Below are positions 7,112 to 14,508 of a DNA stretch of 14,508 bases, one piece after another (the first letter of the stretch is position 1; each line of letters starts with the position of its first letter). The notes beneath the pieces are model-generated. The model saw only the letters and a program-made list of their open reading frames with translations. It ran no database searches and was not told where the DNA came from. Source of the DNA: a virus; UHGV virus genome UHGV-0180765; one strand, 5' to 3'. The translations under genes and the position numbers were made by a program.

Positions 7112-7801
7112 ATGAAAACAACACTCTCAGAAAGACTTAAAGAAGCCAGATTAGCGCGAGGCCTTACACAAAAGGCGCTTGGGGATTTGGTCGGGGTTAG
7201 CCAAGCTGCTATTCAGAAAATCGAAACAGGGAAAGCTAACCAAACAACTAAAATCGTGGAGATCGCGAACGCTTTGGGTGTGCGCGCAGAATGGTTATCT
7301 TCTGGCGTTGGAAATATGTCAGACAGTACAGTGCAACCAATACCATCAACTGTCAGCCATTCCAAATACTTTAAGATTGACGTTCTTGATATAGAAGTGA
7401 GTGCCGGGCCGGGAGTCATCAACCGTGAGTTTGTAGAAGTTCTACGCTCGGTTGAGTACTCGTTTGACGATGCTCGTCACATGTTCGATGGTAGGAAGGC
7501 AGAAAATATCCGCATCATTAACGTACGCGGTGACAGCATGTCAGGAACGATCGAACCAGGTGATCTGCTGTTCGTTGATATCACGGTTAAATCTTTCGAC
7601 GGTGATGGCATCTATGCGTTTCTGTACGACGACACCGCCCATGTAAAGCGCCTGCAAATGATGAAGGATAAGCTGCTGGTTATCTCTGATAACAAGAGCT
7701 ACTCACCGTGGGACCCGATCGAGAAAGACGAGATGAACCGGGTGTTTATCTTCGGGAAAGTTATTGGGAGCATGCCGCAAACATATAGGAAGCATGGTTA
7801 G
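7112..7801 (+). CDS. CI-type prophage repressor (XRE HTH + S24 LexA-like autopeptidase domain)
   Basis: 229-aa product from ATG 7112 (MKTTLSERLKEARLARGLTQKALGDLVGVSQAAIQKIE...). N-terminal HTH; C-terminal S24 motifs GDSM (Ser nucleophile) and VKRL (Lys). The upstream extension to 7046 in the ORF track is spurious, as its ATG is part of the operator palindrome. Confidence 0.85.
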   Translation: MKTTLSERLKEARLARGLTQKALGDLVGVSQAAIQKIETGKANQTTKIVEIANALGVRAEWLSSGVGNMSDSTVQPIPSTVSHSKYFKIDVLDIEVSAGPGVINREFVEVLRSVEYSFDDARHMFDGRKAENIRIINVRGDSMSGTIEPGDLLFVDITVKSFDGDGIYAFLYDDTAHVKRLQMMKDKLLVISDNKSYSPWDPIEKDEMNRVFIFGKVIGSMPQTYRKHG

Positions 7802-7872
7802 CTAAAACACAAGATAGACTTACCTACAAACAACCACCAGTTAAAATAAATAAAAATCAAAGAGATAATGTC

Positions 7873-8784
7873 ATGAGCCATCAGTCCGCCCACCAACAAG
7901 AAATGTCTTTATTTCCTGTAAAAGAAGTTGAAGTAAACGGTGTACAAATGGGTGTTCTCAATGATGGAACTCCATTTTTGAGTCTCCGTGGATTATCTAG
8001 GTTATGTGGGGTCGATCACACCACACTTTTACCTCTCACCACCAACTGGTCAATAGAAAAGAATAAACCCAGAGGAAGGAGAATTGCGGAGCTTCTTTCA
8101 GAGAATGGTTTTAAAGGTGATCAATTATATTCCGTTGTCGGCGGAGGCGCATTTGGTGATACACATGCCTATCCAGATGCCGTATGCATGGCAATTCTTG
8201 AATATTATGCTTTCGATGCCACACAGGTTGATAGCACTATAGCCAGGAAAAATTACCGCCTATTAGCACGTCAAACACTTCGAGACTATATATACAAAAG
8301 TGTAGGTATTGACCCGAGAAATCCAATTAGTGGCGCCTGGAAATGTTTTCAAGAGCGAATATTGCTTAATGACAAAATTCCTGCAGGTTTCTTCAGTGTT
8401 TTTAGAGAGATGGTCGATATCACAGTTCCACTTATCAATGCAGGATTTGAGCTTGGCCCAAAAACAGTACCTGATATTAGTGTGGGTGGACGATGGGCAA
8501 TCCACTGGAAGAAAAACAATCTTAGTGAAAAATATGGCGATGTGAAAAAATATCCACATGAATATCCAGATTGGTTTCCTCAAAGTAAAGCAGGAAAAGT
8601 TCCTGCCAATATTTATCCGGAAGAGGCTTTAGGTGAATTTCGCAGATGGCTAAGAGAAGAATACATTCCAAAGGGTTTCAAAGATTATCTTGCTGATAAA
8701 GTTCAGCAGAAAGTAATTGAAAATACTAAGGCTATTGAAGTTTTAGAAAATTTGCAGCGCCCAAATCTCCCTAAGGCTCGTTAA
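7873..8784 (+). CDS. hypothetical protein encoded between repressor and pL (rexAB-equivalent position); function unknown
   Basis: 303-aa ORF, AT-rich relative to cI (by eye), followed by its own intrinsic terminator. The N-terminal ~60 residues (LFPVKEVEVNGVQMGVLNDGTPFLSLRGLSRLCGV) loosely resemble the pattern of Bro-N/ORF6N-type phage DNA-binding domains; this is an impression, not an alignment. C-terminus is Tyr/Trp/Pro-rich. Confidence 0.7.
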   Translation: MSHQSAHQQEMSLFPVKEVEVNGVQMGVLNDGTPFLSLRGLSRLCGVDHTTLLPLTTNWSIEKNKPRGRRIAELLSENGFKGDQLYSVVGGGAFGDTHAYPDAVCMAILEYYAFDATQVDSTIARKNYRLLARQTLRDYIYKSVGIDPRNPISGAWKCFQERILLNDKIPAGFFSVFREMVDITVPLINAGFELGPKTVPDISVGGRWAIHWKKNNLSEKYGDVKKYPHEYPDWFPQSKAGKVPANIYPEEALGEFRRWLREEYIPKGFKDYLADKVQQKVIENTKAIEVLENLQRPNLPKAR

Positions 8785-8791
8785 TTCTCAT

Positions 8792-8818
8792 CCCGGCTGC
8801 CATGCCGGGTTTCTTTTG
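8792..8818 (+). terminator. intrinsic (rho-independent) terminator after the 303-aa gene
   Basis: Stem CCCGGC (8792-8797), loop tgccat, stem GCCGGG (8804-8809), then TTTCTTTTG, beginning 8 nt after the stop codon. Confidence 0.65.
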
Positions 8819-8904
8819 CCTTCTCCTCATCACACACCGTTCAAAAAACCACCACGACCTCGCTTCAGTTATCGCTATGCGATGCAAGTCACAAAATAAA
8901 TCCA

Positions 8905-8990
8905 TCTTAAATACAACCAGTTATATCTAAAACAACCAACAAAACAACTTTTGTTGTTGACGATAAAACAACTATAGTTTTAAATGAATT
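8905..8990 (+). promoter_or_regulatory. putative oL/pL region
   Basis: The oR half-site recurs here (ACAACCA at 8913-8919 and 8932-8938; palindrome AACAACttttGTTGTT at 8943-8958). Candidate promoter: -35 TTGACG 8957-8962, 17-nt spacer, -10 TTAAAT 8980-8985, directed toward gam/bet/exo. Operator-like repeats overlap the promoter. Confidence 0.45.
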
Positions 8991-9262
8991 CATCGCAACA
9001 ACACAACGATACGGCAATCACCTGATTCACCGTTGCGATGACCGCTTAGATCCGCAGCTTGAATTTCAGCAGGCTCCGGGGAGTGCGAGGGGTGAAGCGG
9101 ACGCGTGAACGTCGGTGTGACCAGCTGAAATCAACTCAACACTTCATACCTCAGTCGCTTCAACGAGGCGGCTTAGTTATGACAACCGGCGGCCATCCAC
9201 CGCCTGAATACGCGCAGAAGTCTCTATATGTTCAGCAGCCCAGCTTACGGGCAGGAGTTTTT

Positions 9263-9469
9263 ATGGTTCATCAACATTACGGAACGCAGACCGTTAATCG
9301 AGGTGCGGTCATGCCAGGAATGCTGGTCAAACACAAAGATGGTACCTGGACTGCATCAGCTAATTTACGCGGACGGCTATATCTGCATCGCGGCATCGAG
9401 CGCACTTATACCCGTGATTTGCTCGTGGAAGTTTTTCTCGACGGACGCGGTAACGGCCTGAATCACTAA
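9263..9469 (+). CDS. hypothetical small protein upstream of gam (kil/cIII position); may be the C-terminal part of a longer N-like ORF
   Basis: ATG 9263 is preceded by AGGAG plus 5 nt; 68 aa. The same frame is open back to 9059 (TTG), with GTG at 9092, giving an Arg-rich N-terminus (RGVRGVKRTRERR). Start choice and identity unresolved. Confidence 0.35.
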   Translation: MVHQHYGTQTVNRGAVMPGMLVKHKDGTWTASANLRGRLYLHRGIERTYTRDLLVEVFLDGRGNGLNH

Positions 9470-9544
9470 TCCCCTTTCCTGTTTTCCTAATCAGCCTGGC
9501 ATTTCGCGGGCGATATTTTCACAGCCATTTTCAGGAGTTCAGCC

Positions 9545-9841
9545 ATGAACGCTTATTACATTCAGGATCGTCTTGAGGCTCAGAGCTGGGCACGTCACTA
9601 CCAGCTGATCGCCCGTGAAGAGAAAGAGGCAGAACTGGCAGACGACATGGAAAAAGGTCTTCCACAGCACCTGTTTGAATCACTCTGCATCGATCATTTG
9701 CAACGCCACGGGGCCAGCAAAAAAGCCATTACTCGTGCATTTGATGACGATGTTGAGTTTCAGGAGCGTATGGCAGAACACATCCGGTACATGGTTGAAA
9801 CCATTGCTCACCACCAGGTTGATATTGATTCAGAGGTATAA
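9545..9841 (+). CDS. gam: Gam (RecBCD inhibitor), short form
   Basis: 98-aa product [44 protein letters not shown]... matches lambda GamS as recalled. RBS AGGAG upstream. The GamL extension is interrupted by in-frame stops. Confidence 0.9.
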   Translation: MNAYYIQDRLEAQSWARHYQLIAREEKEAELADDMEKGLPQHLFESLCIDHLQRHGASKKAITRAFDDDVEFQERMAEHIRYMVETIAHHQVDIDSEV

Positions 9842-9846
9842 AGCGG

Positions 9847-10632
9847 ATGAGTACAGCACTCGCAACGCTGGCAGGGAAGCTGGCTGAACGTGTCGGCATG
9901 GATTCTGTCGACCCACAGGAACTGATCACCACTCTTCGCCAGACGGCATTTAAAGGTGATGCCAGCGATGCGCAGTTCATCGCATTGTTGATCGTCGCCA
10001 ACCAGTACGGCCTTAATCCGTGGACGAAAGAAATTTACGCCTTCCCTGATAAGCAGAACGGCATCGTTCCGGTGGTGGGCGTTGATGGCTGGTCCCGCAT
10101 CATCAATGAAAACCAGCAGTTTGATGGCATGGACTTTGAGCAGGACAATGAATCCTGTACATGCCGGATTTACCGCAAGGACCGTAATCATCCGATCTGC
10201 GTTACCGAATGGATGGATGAATGCCGCCGCGAACCATTCAAAACTCGCGAAGGCAGAGAAATCACGGGGCCGTGGCAGTCGCATCCCAAACGGATGTTAC
10301 GGCATAAAGCCATGATTCAGTGTGCCCGTCTGGCCTTCGGATTTGCTGGTATCTATGACAAGGATGAAGCCGAGCGCATTGTCGAAAATACTGCATACAC
10401 TGCAGAACGTCAGCCAGAACGCGACATCACTCCGGTTAACGATGAAACCATGCAGGAGATTAACACTCTGCTGATCGCCCTGGATAAAACATGGGATGAC
10501 GACTTATTGCCGCTCTGTTCCCAGATATTTCGCCGCGACATTCGTGCATCGTCAGAACTGACACAGGCCGAAGCAGTGAAAGCTCTTGGATTCCTGAAAC
10601 AAAAAGCCACTGAGCAGAAGGTGGCAGCATGA
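9847..10632 (+). CDS. bet: Bet (Red-beta single-strand annealing protein)
   Basis: 261-aa product [44 protein letters not shown]... matches lambda Bet as recalled along its full length. Confidence 0.95.
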   Translation: MSTALATLAGKLAERVGMDSVDPQELITTLRQTAFKGDASDAQFIALLIVANQYGLNPWTKEIYAFPDKQNGIVPVVGVDGWSRIINENQQFDGMDFEQDNESCTCRIYRKDRNHPICVTEWMDECRREPFKTREGREITGPWQSHPKRMLRHKAMIQCARLAFGFAGIYDKDEAERIVENTAYTAERQPERDITPVNDETMQEINTLLIALDKTWDDDLLPLCSQIFRRDIRASSELTQAEAVKALGFLKQKATEQKVAA

Positions 10633-11309
10633 CACCGGACATTATCCTGCAGCGTACCGGGATCGACGTGAGAGCTGTCGAGCAGGGGGATGATGCGTGG
10701 CACAAATTACGGCTCGGCGTCATCACCGCTTCAGAAGTTCACAATGTGATAGCAAAACCCCGCTCCGGAAAAAAGTGGCCTGACATGAAAATGTCCTACT
10801 TCCACACCCTGCTGGCTGAGGTTTGCACCGGTGTGGCTCCGGAAGTTAATGCTAAGGCGCTGGCATGGGGAAAACAGTACGAGAACGACGCCAGAACTCT
10901 GTTTGAATTCACTTCCGGCGTGAATGTTACTGAATCCCCGATCATCTATCGCGACGAAAGTATGCGTACCGCCTGCTCTCCCGATGGTTTATGCAGTGAC
11001 GGCAATGGCCTTGAGCTGAAATGCCCGTTTACCTCCCGGGATTTCATGAAATTCCGGCTCGGTGGTTTCGAGGCCATAAAGTCGGCTTACATGGCCCAGG
11101 TGCAGTACAGCATGTGGGTGACGCGAAAAGATGCCTGGTACTTTGCCAACTATGACCCACGAATGAAGCGTGAAGGCCTGCATTATGTCGTGGTTGAGCG
11201 GGATGAAAAGTACATGGCGAATTTTGACGAGATGGTGCCGGAGTTCATCGAAAAAATGGACGAGGCACTGGCTGAAATTGGTTTTGTATTTGGGGAGCAA
11301 TGGCGATGA
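10629..11309 (+). CDS. exo: Exo (Red-alpha 5'-3' exonuclease)
   Basis: 226-aa product [50 protein letters not shown]... matches lambda Exo as recalled. Start overlaps the bet stop (ATGA). Confidence 0.95.
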   Translation: MTPDIILQRTGIDVRAVEQGDDAWHKLRLGVITASEVHNVIAKPRSGKKWPDMKMSYFHTLLAEVCTGVAPEVNAKALAWGKQYENDARTLFEFTSGVNVTESPIIYRDESMRTACSPDGLCSDGNGLELKCPFTSRDFMKFRLGGFEAIKSAYMAQVQYSMWVTRKDAWYFANYDPRMKREGLHYVVVERDEKYMANFDEMVPEFIEKMDEALAEIGFVFGEQWR

Positions 11310-11464
11310 AGCATCCTCGCGATAATATCCGGGTAGGCGCGATCACTTTCATCTACTCCGTTACAAAGCGAGGCTGGGTATTTCCCGGCCTTTCTGTTAT
11401 CAGAAATCCACTGAAAGCACAGCGGCTGGCTGAGGAGATAAATAATAAACGGGAGAGTGTATGA
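11306..11464 (+). CDS. small hypothetical protein (52 aa), translationally coupled between exo and the downstream gene
   Basis: Not in the ORF track (too short). ATG 11306 overlaps the exo stop (ATGA) and its stop overlaps the next gene's ATG (ATGA at 11461-11464). Product [52 protein letters not shown]. Occupies the position of lambda orf60a. Confidence 0.45.
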   Translation: MKHPRDNIRVGAITFIYSVTKRGWVFPGLSVIRNPLKAQRLAEEINNKRESV

Positions 11465-12213
11465 TTCATTTTCACGGTGGTCCAATAACTCCCGATACCT
11501 GTGCGTTGAAAGCCTGGAAAGGCAGACACGCATTCATCAGTTTTGCTAATCCAGCTCAGATTGATCTGGCTTCCGAAGTCACCCAATCATTTGCTCTTGA
11601 TAATGGTGCATTCACATTCTGGACAAAAAACAAGGCCGTAGACTGGAATGAATATTACAGATTTGTTGAACGCTGGGGTAATCACCCTCGTTTCTCATTC
11701 GCGGTTATCCCGGATGTTATCGGCGGAACCAGTGAAGAGAATGACGCCCTGATTGCGGCATGGCCTCACGGTAAATTTATTGGTGCTCCGGTGTGGCACA
11801 TGAACGAACCAGATGAGCGATTTATTCGTCTGTGCCATGAGTTTCCCCGCGTCTGCATCGGCTCGATGGGGGAATACGATGCAAAACGACCGAGAGCGTG
11901 TCGGGCTAAACTACGCGATCTTATACGTCATGTTGTAGATCAGTACGGCTACCCAATCACCAAGATTCATGGGTTACGGATGTTAAATAAAGACATTTTT
12001 ACTCATGTACCGCTTTCGTCTGCAGACAGCACGAACGTCGCAAGAAATATAGGCATCGACAAATCCTGGGTAGGTTCGCCATATGCTCCCGCAAGTAAAG
12101 AAACCCGTACGCAAGTTCTTGTGGAACGCATTGAATCATTCAACAGTGCCAGTTCACTTAATTACAACGCTGAACGGGACGTCTTTACCCCTCAACTGGC
12201 ATTCGAAGTGTGA
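11461..12213 (+). CDS. TGT-superfamily (tRNA-guanine transglycosylase-like) protein; candidate DpdA-like DNA transglycosylase
   Basis: 250-aa ORF with GGGAGAG RBS. Four segments, in the order seen in tRNA-guanine transglycosylases, resemble conserved TGT motifs as I recall them: LDNGAF (cf. TDSGGFQ, catalytic Asp), VIGGTSEEN (cf. VQGGMYENL), CIGSMGE (cf. AIGGLSVGE), ADSTNVARNIG (cf. FDCVMPTRNARNG, second catalytic Asp). No CxCxxC...H zinc cluster visible. Not confirmed by alignment. Confidence 0.6.
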   Translation: MIHFHGGPITPDTCALKAWKGRHAFISFANPAQIDLASEVTQSFALDNGAFTFWTKNKAVDWNEYYRFVERWGNHPRFSFAVIPDVIGGTSEENDALIAAWPHGKFIGAPVWHMNEPDERFIRLCHEFPRVCIGSMGEYDAKRPRACRAKLRDLIRHVVDQYGYPITKIHGLRMLNKDIFTHVPLSSADSTNVARNIGIDKSWVGSPYAPASKETRTQVLVERIESFNSASSLNYNAERDVFTPQLAFEV

Positions 12214-12220
12214 GGCCAAT

Positions 12221-12436
12221 ATGACAATAGAACATAATAACGCCCTTCGCAGCATAGCCCGTCAGGCTAATTCTGAAATCAAAAAAGCCAGACAGCAGTT
12301 TCCGGATAAAAACGTCGATGACATTTGCCGTAGCGTACTGAAGAAGCACCGCGAAACGGTAACGCTGATGGGATTCACACCGACTCATTTAAGCCTGGCG
12401 ATCGGCATGTTAAACGGCGTCTTTAAGGAGCGATGA
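12221..12436 (+). CDS. hypothetical small protein (71 aa)
   Basis: ATG 12221 is 5 nt after GAGG and 8 nt after the stop of the preceding gene. The longer track ORF from 12083 overlaps the upstream gene in another frame and is less likely. Confidence 0.5.
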   Translation: MTIEHNNALRSIARQANSEIKKARQQFPDKNVDDICRSVLKKHRETVTLMGFTPTHLSLAIGMLNGVFKER

Positions 12437-12458
12437 ACATGAAAAGCAAAATCATCAG

Positions 12459-12480
12459 GGAGCTACAGGCTCCTTTTTTA
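12459..12480 (+). terminator. intrinsic terminator within the early-left operon
   Basis: Stem GGAGC (12459-12463), loop tacag, stem GCTCC (12469-12473), followed by TTTTTTATT. Lies between the 71-aa gene and the TraR-like gene. Confidence 0.5.
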
Positions 12481-12534
12481 TTATTCGCATTCACCCTCAA
12501 GCGTATTAACCAACAATTCAGGGATTAATGGAAG

Positions 12535-12753
12535 ATGGCAGACATCATTGATTCAGCATCAGAAATCGAAGAATTACAGCGCAATACAGCAATAAAAATG
12601 CGTCGTCTGAACCACCAGGTTATATCTGCCACTCATTGTTGTGAGTGTGGCGATCCCATAGATGAACGAAGACGCCTGGCCGTTCAGGGTTGTCGGACTT
12701 GTGCAAGTTGCCAGGAGGAGATCGAACTTAAGAACAAACAATGGGGATTGTGA
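12535..12753 (+). CDS. TraR/DksA-family C4 zinc-finger protein
   Basis: 72-aa product with CCECGDPI...(x17)...CRTCASC, the CxxC-x17-CxxC arrangement of TraR/DksA-type small phage/plasmid proteins. Confidence 0.7.
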   Translation: MADIIDSASEIEELQRNTAIKMRRLNHQVISATHCCECGDPIDERRRLAVQGCRTCASCQEEIELKNKQWGL

Positions 12754-12800
12754 TGGCCTCAAAGCAGCAAATTTCAACATCGTCCAACTGAGGTGTAAAA

Positions 12801-13079
12801 ATGTTCAGAATCATTTTTCCTAACACCTGGTACATCGACCACCACGGCACTCCCTGCAAAATCCTGCGTTCTACCCACAACAAAGTTCACTACATCCGAA
12901 AAGGCAGAACATGTATCGCCAGCATGTTCCGCTTTAATCATGACTTTGAACCTGTGAATAAAGCTGATGCAGATCGGATAGCAGAAGAGATCGAAACGGC
13001 AGAACACATTAAGAAGTTACGTGACATGCGTTCAAAAAGCAGAGGTAACCATGGAATCATACAGCCTCACACTCGATGA
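12801..13079 (+). CDS. hypothetical protein (ea-region, upstream of xis)
   Basis: 92-aa ORF with GAGG RBS 8 nt before ATG 12801; its end overlaps the xis start by 29 nt in another frame. Confidence 0.5.
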   Translation: MFRIIFPNTWYIDHHGTPCKILRSTHNKVHYIRKGRTCIASMFRFNHDFEPVNKADADRIAEEIETAEHIKKLRDMRSKSRGNHGIIQPHTR

Positions 13080-13401
13080 GGCCTGTCAGTTTCTCAAGAT
13101 ATCCAGACCTACCGCTACCAACTGGATACGAACAGGCCGCCTACAGGCAACACGCAAAGACCCCACTAAACTAAAATCTCCTTACCTCACAACACGACAA
13201 GCCTGCATTGCGGCGCTTCAGTCTCCGCTGCATACTGTCCAGGTGAGCGCGGGTGATGGCATAACAGAGGAAAGAAAATGTCACTCTTCCGCAGAGGTGA
13301 AATATGGTACGCCAGTTTCACATTGCCGAACGGTAAAAGATTTAAACAGTCTCTTGGAACAAAGGACAAAAGGCAGGCGACAGAGCTCCATGACAAGCTA
13401 A
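13051..13401 (+). CDS. xis: excisionase (P22 Xis type)
   Basis: 116-aa product from ATG 13051 ([38 protein letters not shown]...) resembles P22 Xis as recalled; its 3' part overlaps the int start. Confidence 0.8.
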   Translation: MESYSLTLDEACQFLKISRPTATNWIRTGRLQATRKDPTKLKSPYLTTRQACIAALQSPLHTVQVSAGDGITEERKCHSSAEVKYGTPVSHCRTVKDLNSLLEQRTKGRRQSSMTS

Positions 13402-14441
13402 AGGCTGAAGCATGGCGGGTCAGCAAACTTGGTGAAATACCTGATATGACGTTCGAGGAGGCGTGTATCAGGTGGCTCGAAGAGAAAGCACATAAAAAAT
13501 CACTGGACGATGACAAAAGCCGGATCGGATTCTGGCTTCAACATTTCGCAGGAATGCAACTAAGAGACATTACTGAATCAAAAATTTATTCAGCAATGCA
13601 GAAAATGACGAACCGGCGTCATGAGGAAAACTGGAAACTCAGGGCAGAAGCATGCAGAAAAAAAGGGAAACCTGTTCCAGAATACACGCCAAAACCAGCG
13701 TCCGTTGCAACGAAGGCTACGCATCTTTCATTTATAAAGGCCCTACTAAGAGCCGCAGAGCGTGAATGGAAAATGCTGGATAAGGCACCAATTATTAAAG
13801 TGCCTCAACCAAAGAATAAACGGATCCGCTGGCTGGAGCCCCATGAAGCACAAAGGCTGATTGATGAATGTCCGGAGCCATTAAAGTCTGTTGTTGAATT
13901 TGCACTGGCAACAGGCTTAAGACGCTCGAACATCATCAACCTTGAATGGCAACAAATAGATATGCAGCGCCGGGTGGCATGGATAAACCCGGAAGAGAGT
14001 AAATCAAACCGCGCAATCGGCGTTGCGCTGAATGATACTGCATGTCGCGTTTTGAAAAAACAAATCGGGAATCATCACCGTTGGGTATTTGTGTACAAGG
14101 AAAGCTGTACCAAACCAGACGGAACGAAAGCGCCAACAGTAAGGAAGATGCGGTATGACGCAAACACAGCCTGGAAAGCGGCGCTGAGACGGGCTGGTAT
14201 TGATGATTTCAGATTTCACGACTTGAGACACACCTGGGCAAGTTGGCTGGTTCAAGCCGGAGTCCCGTTGTCAGTGTTACAGGAAATGGGAGGCTGGGAG
14301 TCTATCGAAATGGTTCGTCGATATGCTCACCTTGCACCTAATCACCTTACCGAACACGCACGGCAAATAGACTCGATCCTGAACCCATCGGTCCCAAATT
14401 TGTCCCAGTCAAAAAATAAGGAAGGTACTAATGATGTGTAA
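13278..14441 (+). CDS. int: tyrosine integrase (P22 Int type)
   Basis: 387-aa product [47 protein letters not shown]... with tyrosine-recombinase motifs near the C-terminus ([17 protein letters not shown]). Resembles P22 Int as recalled. RBS AGAGGA upstream. Transcribed toward the tRNA 14 nt beyond its stop. Confidence 0.95.
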   Translation: MSLFRRGEIWYASFTLPNGKRFKQSLGTKDKRQATELHDKLKAEAWRVSKLGEIPDMTFEEACIRWLEEKAHKKSLDDDKSRIGFWLQHFAGMQLRDITESKIYSAMQKMTNRRHEENWKLRAEACRKKGKPVPEYTPKPASVATKATHLSFIKALLRAAEREWKMLDKAPIIKVPQPKNKRIRWLEPHEAQRLIDECPEPLKSVVEFALATGLRRSNIINLEWQQIDMQRRVAWINPEESKSNRAIGVALNDTACRVLKKQIGNHHRWVFVYKESCTKPDGTKAPTVRKMRYDANTAWKAALRRAGIDDFRFHDLRHTWASWLVQAGVPLSVLQEMGGWESIEMVRRYAHLAPNHLTEHARQIDSILNPSVPNLSQSKNKEGTNDV

Positions 14442-14455
14442 CTTATTGATTTAAA

Positions 14456-14508
14456 TGGTGCCGATAATAGGAGTCGAACCTACGACCTTCGCATTACGAA
14501 TGCGCTGC
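14456..14508 (-). tRNA. thrW: tRNA-Thr (anticodon CGU), 3' 53 nt only; continues beyond the window
   Basis: The reverse complement of the window end reads ...GCGCATTCGTAATGCGAAGGTCGTAGGTTCGACTCCTATTATCGGCACCA: anticodon loop TTCGTAA (anticodon CGT), T-arm GTAGG-TTCGACT-CCTAT, acceptor 3' strand, discriminator A and CCA. The 3' end points toward int, the usual att arrangement. Confidence 0.8.

Noticed and set aside
7830-7836. Single operator half-site ACAACCA in the spacer between cI and the 303-aa gene, as a possible repressor-controlled promoter
   Set aside because: A lone 7-mer is expected by chance about once per strand in a window of this size; there is no paired half-site and no clear promoter hexamers.
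7179-8583. Small ORFs inside cI (7179-7394, 7213-7422, 7452-7646) and inside the 303-aa gene (8263-8583, 8309-8545)
   Set aside because: Embedded in other frames or antisense within well-supported longer ORFs; no independent translation signals.
9059-9262. TTG start at 9059 for a 136-aa protein
   Set aside because: TTG with no RBS is an unlikely start. I kept the RBS-supported ATG at 9263 as the feature and report the Arg-rich upstream extension only as a possibility.
9228-11586. ORFs overlapping gam, bet, exo and the TGT-like gene (9228-9461, 9615-9887, 9729-10001, 9808-10284, 10082-10315, 10410-10703, 10460-10726, 10989-11300, 11183-11533, 11353-11586)
   Set aside because: They overlap genes whose products match lambda Gam, Bet and Exo along their full length; alternate-frame or antisense artefacts.
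12083-14255. Track ORF 12083-12436 as a 117-aa protein; antisense ORFs 12185-12388, 12574-12780, 12774-13007, 13187-13516, 13936-14163 and 14004-14255
   Set aside because: The 12083 start overlaps the upstream gene in another frame, while ATG 12221 has a proper RBS; the others are antisense to xis, int or the small early genes.
1-14508. Insertion sequences, transposase genes, CRISPR arrays or rRNA genes
   Set aside because: No transposase-like ORF, no terminal inverted repeats bracketing the low-GC islands, and no regular repeat-spacer array were seen; the only RNA gene is the partial tRNA at the right edge.

Overview
This window reads as the integrase-proximal part of a mosaic lambdoid prophage, probably a degraded (cryptic) one, inserted at the 3' end of a tRNA-Thr(CGU) gene (thrW-type site; only the 3' 53 nt of the tRNA are in the window, 14456-14508, minus strand). 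All protein identifications are from memory of the families, not from a database search. Running from the tRNA inward: a P22-type int/xis pair; small early-left accessory genes including a TraR/DksA-type zinc-finger protein and a 250-aa protein with the ordered motifs of the tRNA-guanine transglycosylase superfamily (DpdA-like DNA-modification candidate); lambda Red genes exo, bet and gam; a compact oL/pL region; a low-GC 303-aa gene with its own terminator between the CI-type repressor and pL (the position rexAB holds in lambda); the divergent oR/pRM/pR region; a YdaS(Cro)-like and a YdaT(CII-analogue)-like gene; lambda-type replication genes O (hybrid, with ori iterons inside it), P and ren; a second low-GC island carrying a 472-aa orphan ORF on the opposite strand; and finally two minus-strand genes that look like a Mu-like tail/baseplate pair sitting directly next to the early region, which implies a large internal deletion. 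The two low-GC genes at 2381-3799 and 7873-8784 are the best candidates for an undescribed accessory or anti-phage function; I could not assign either to a known family.
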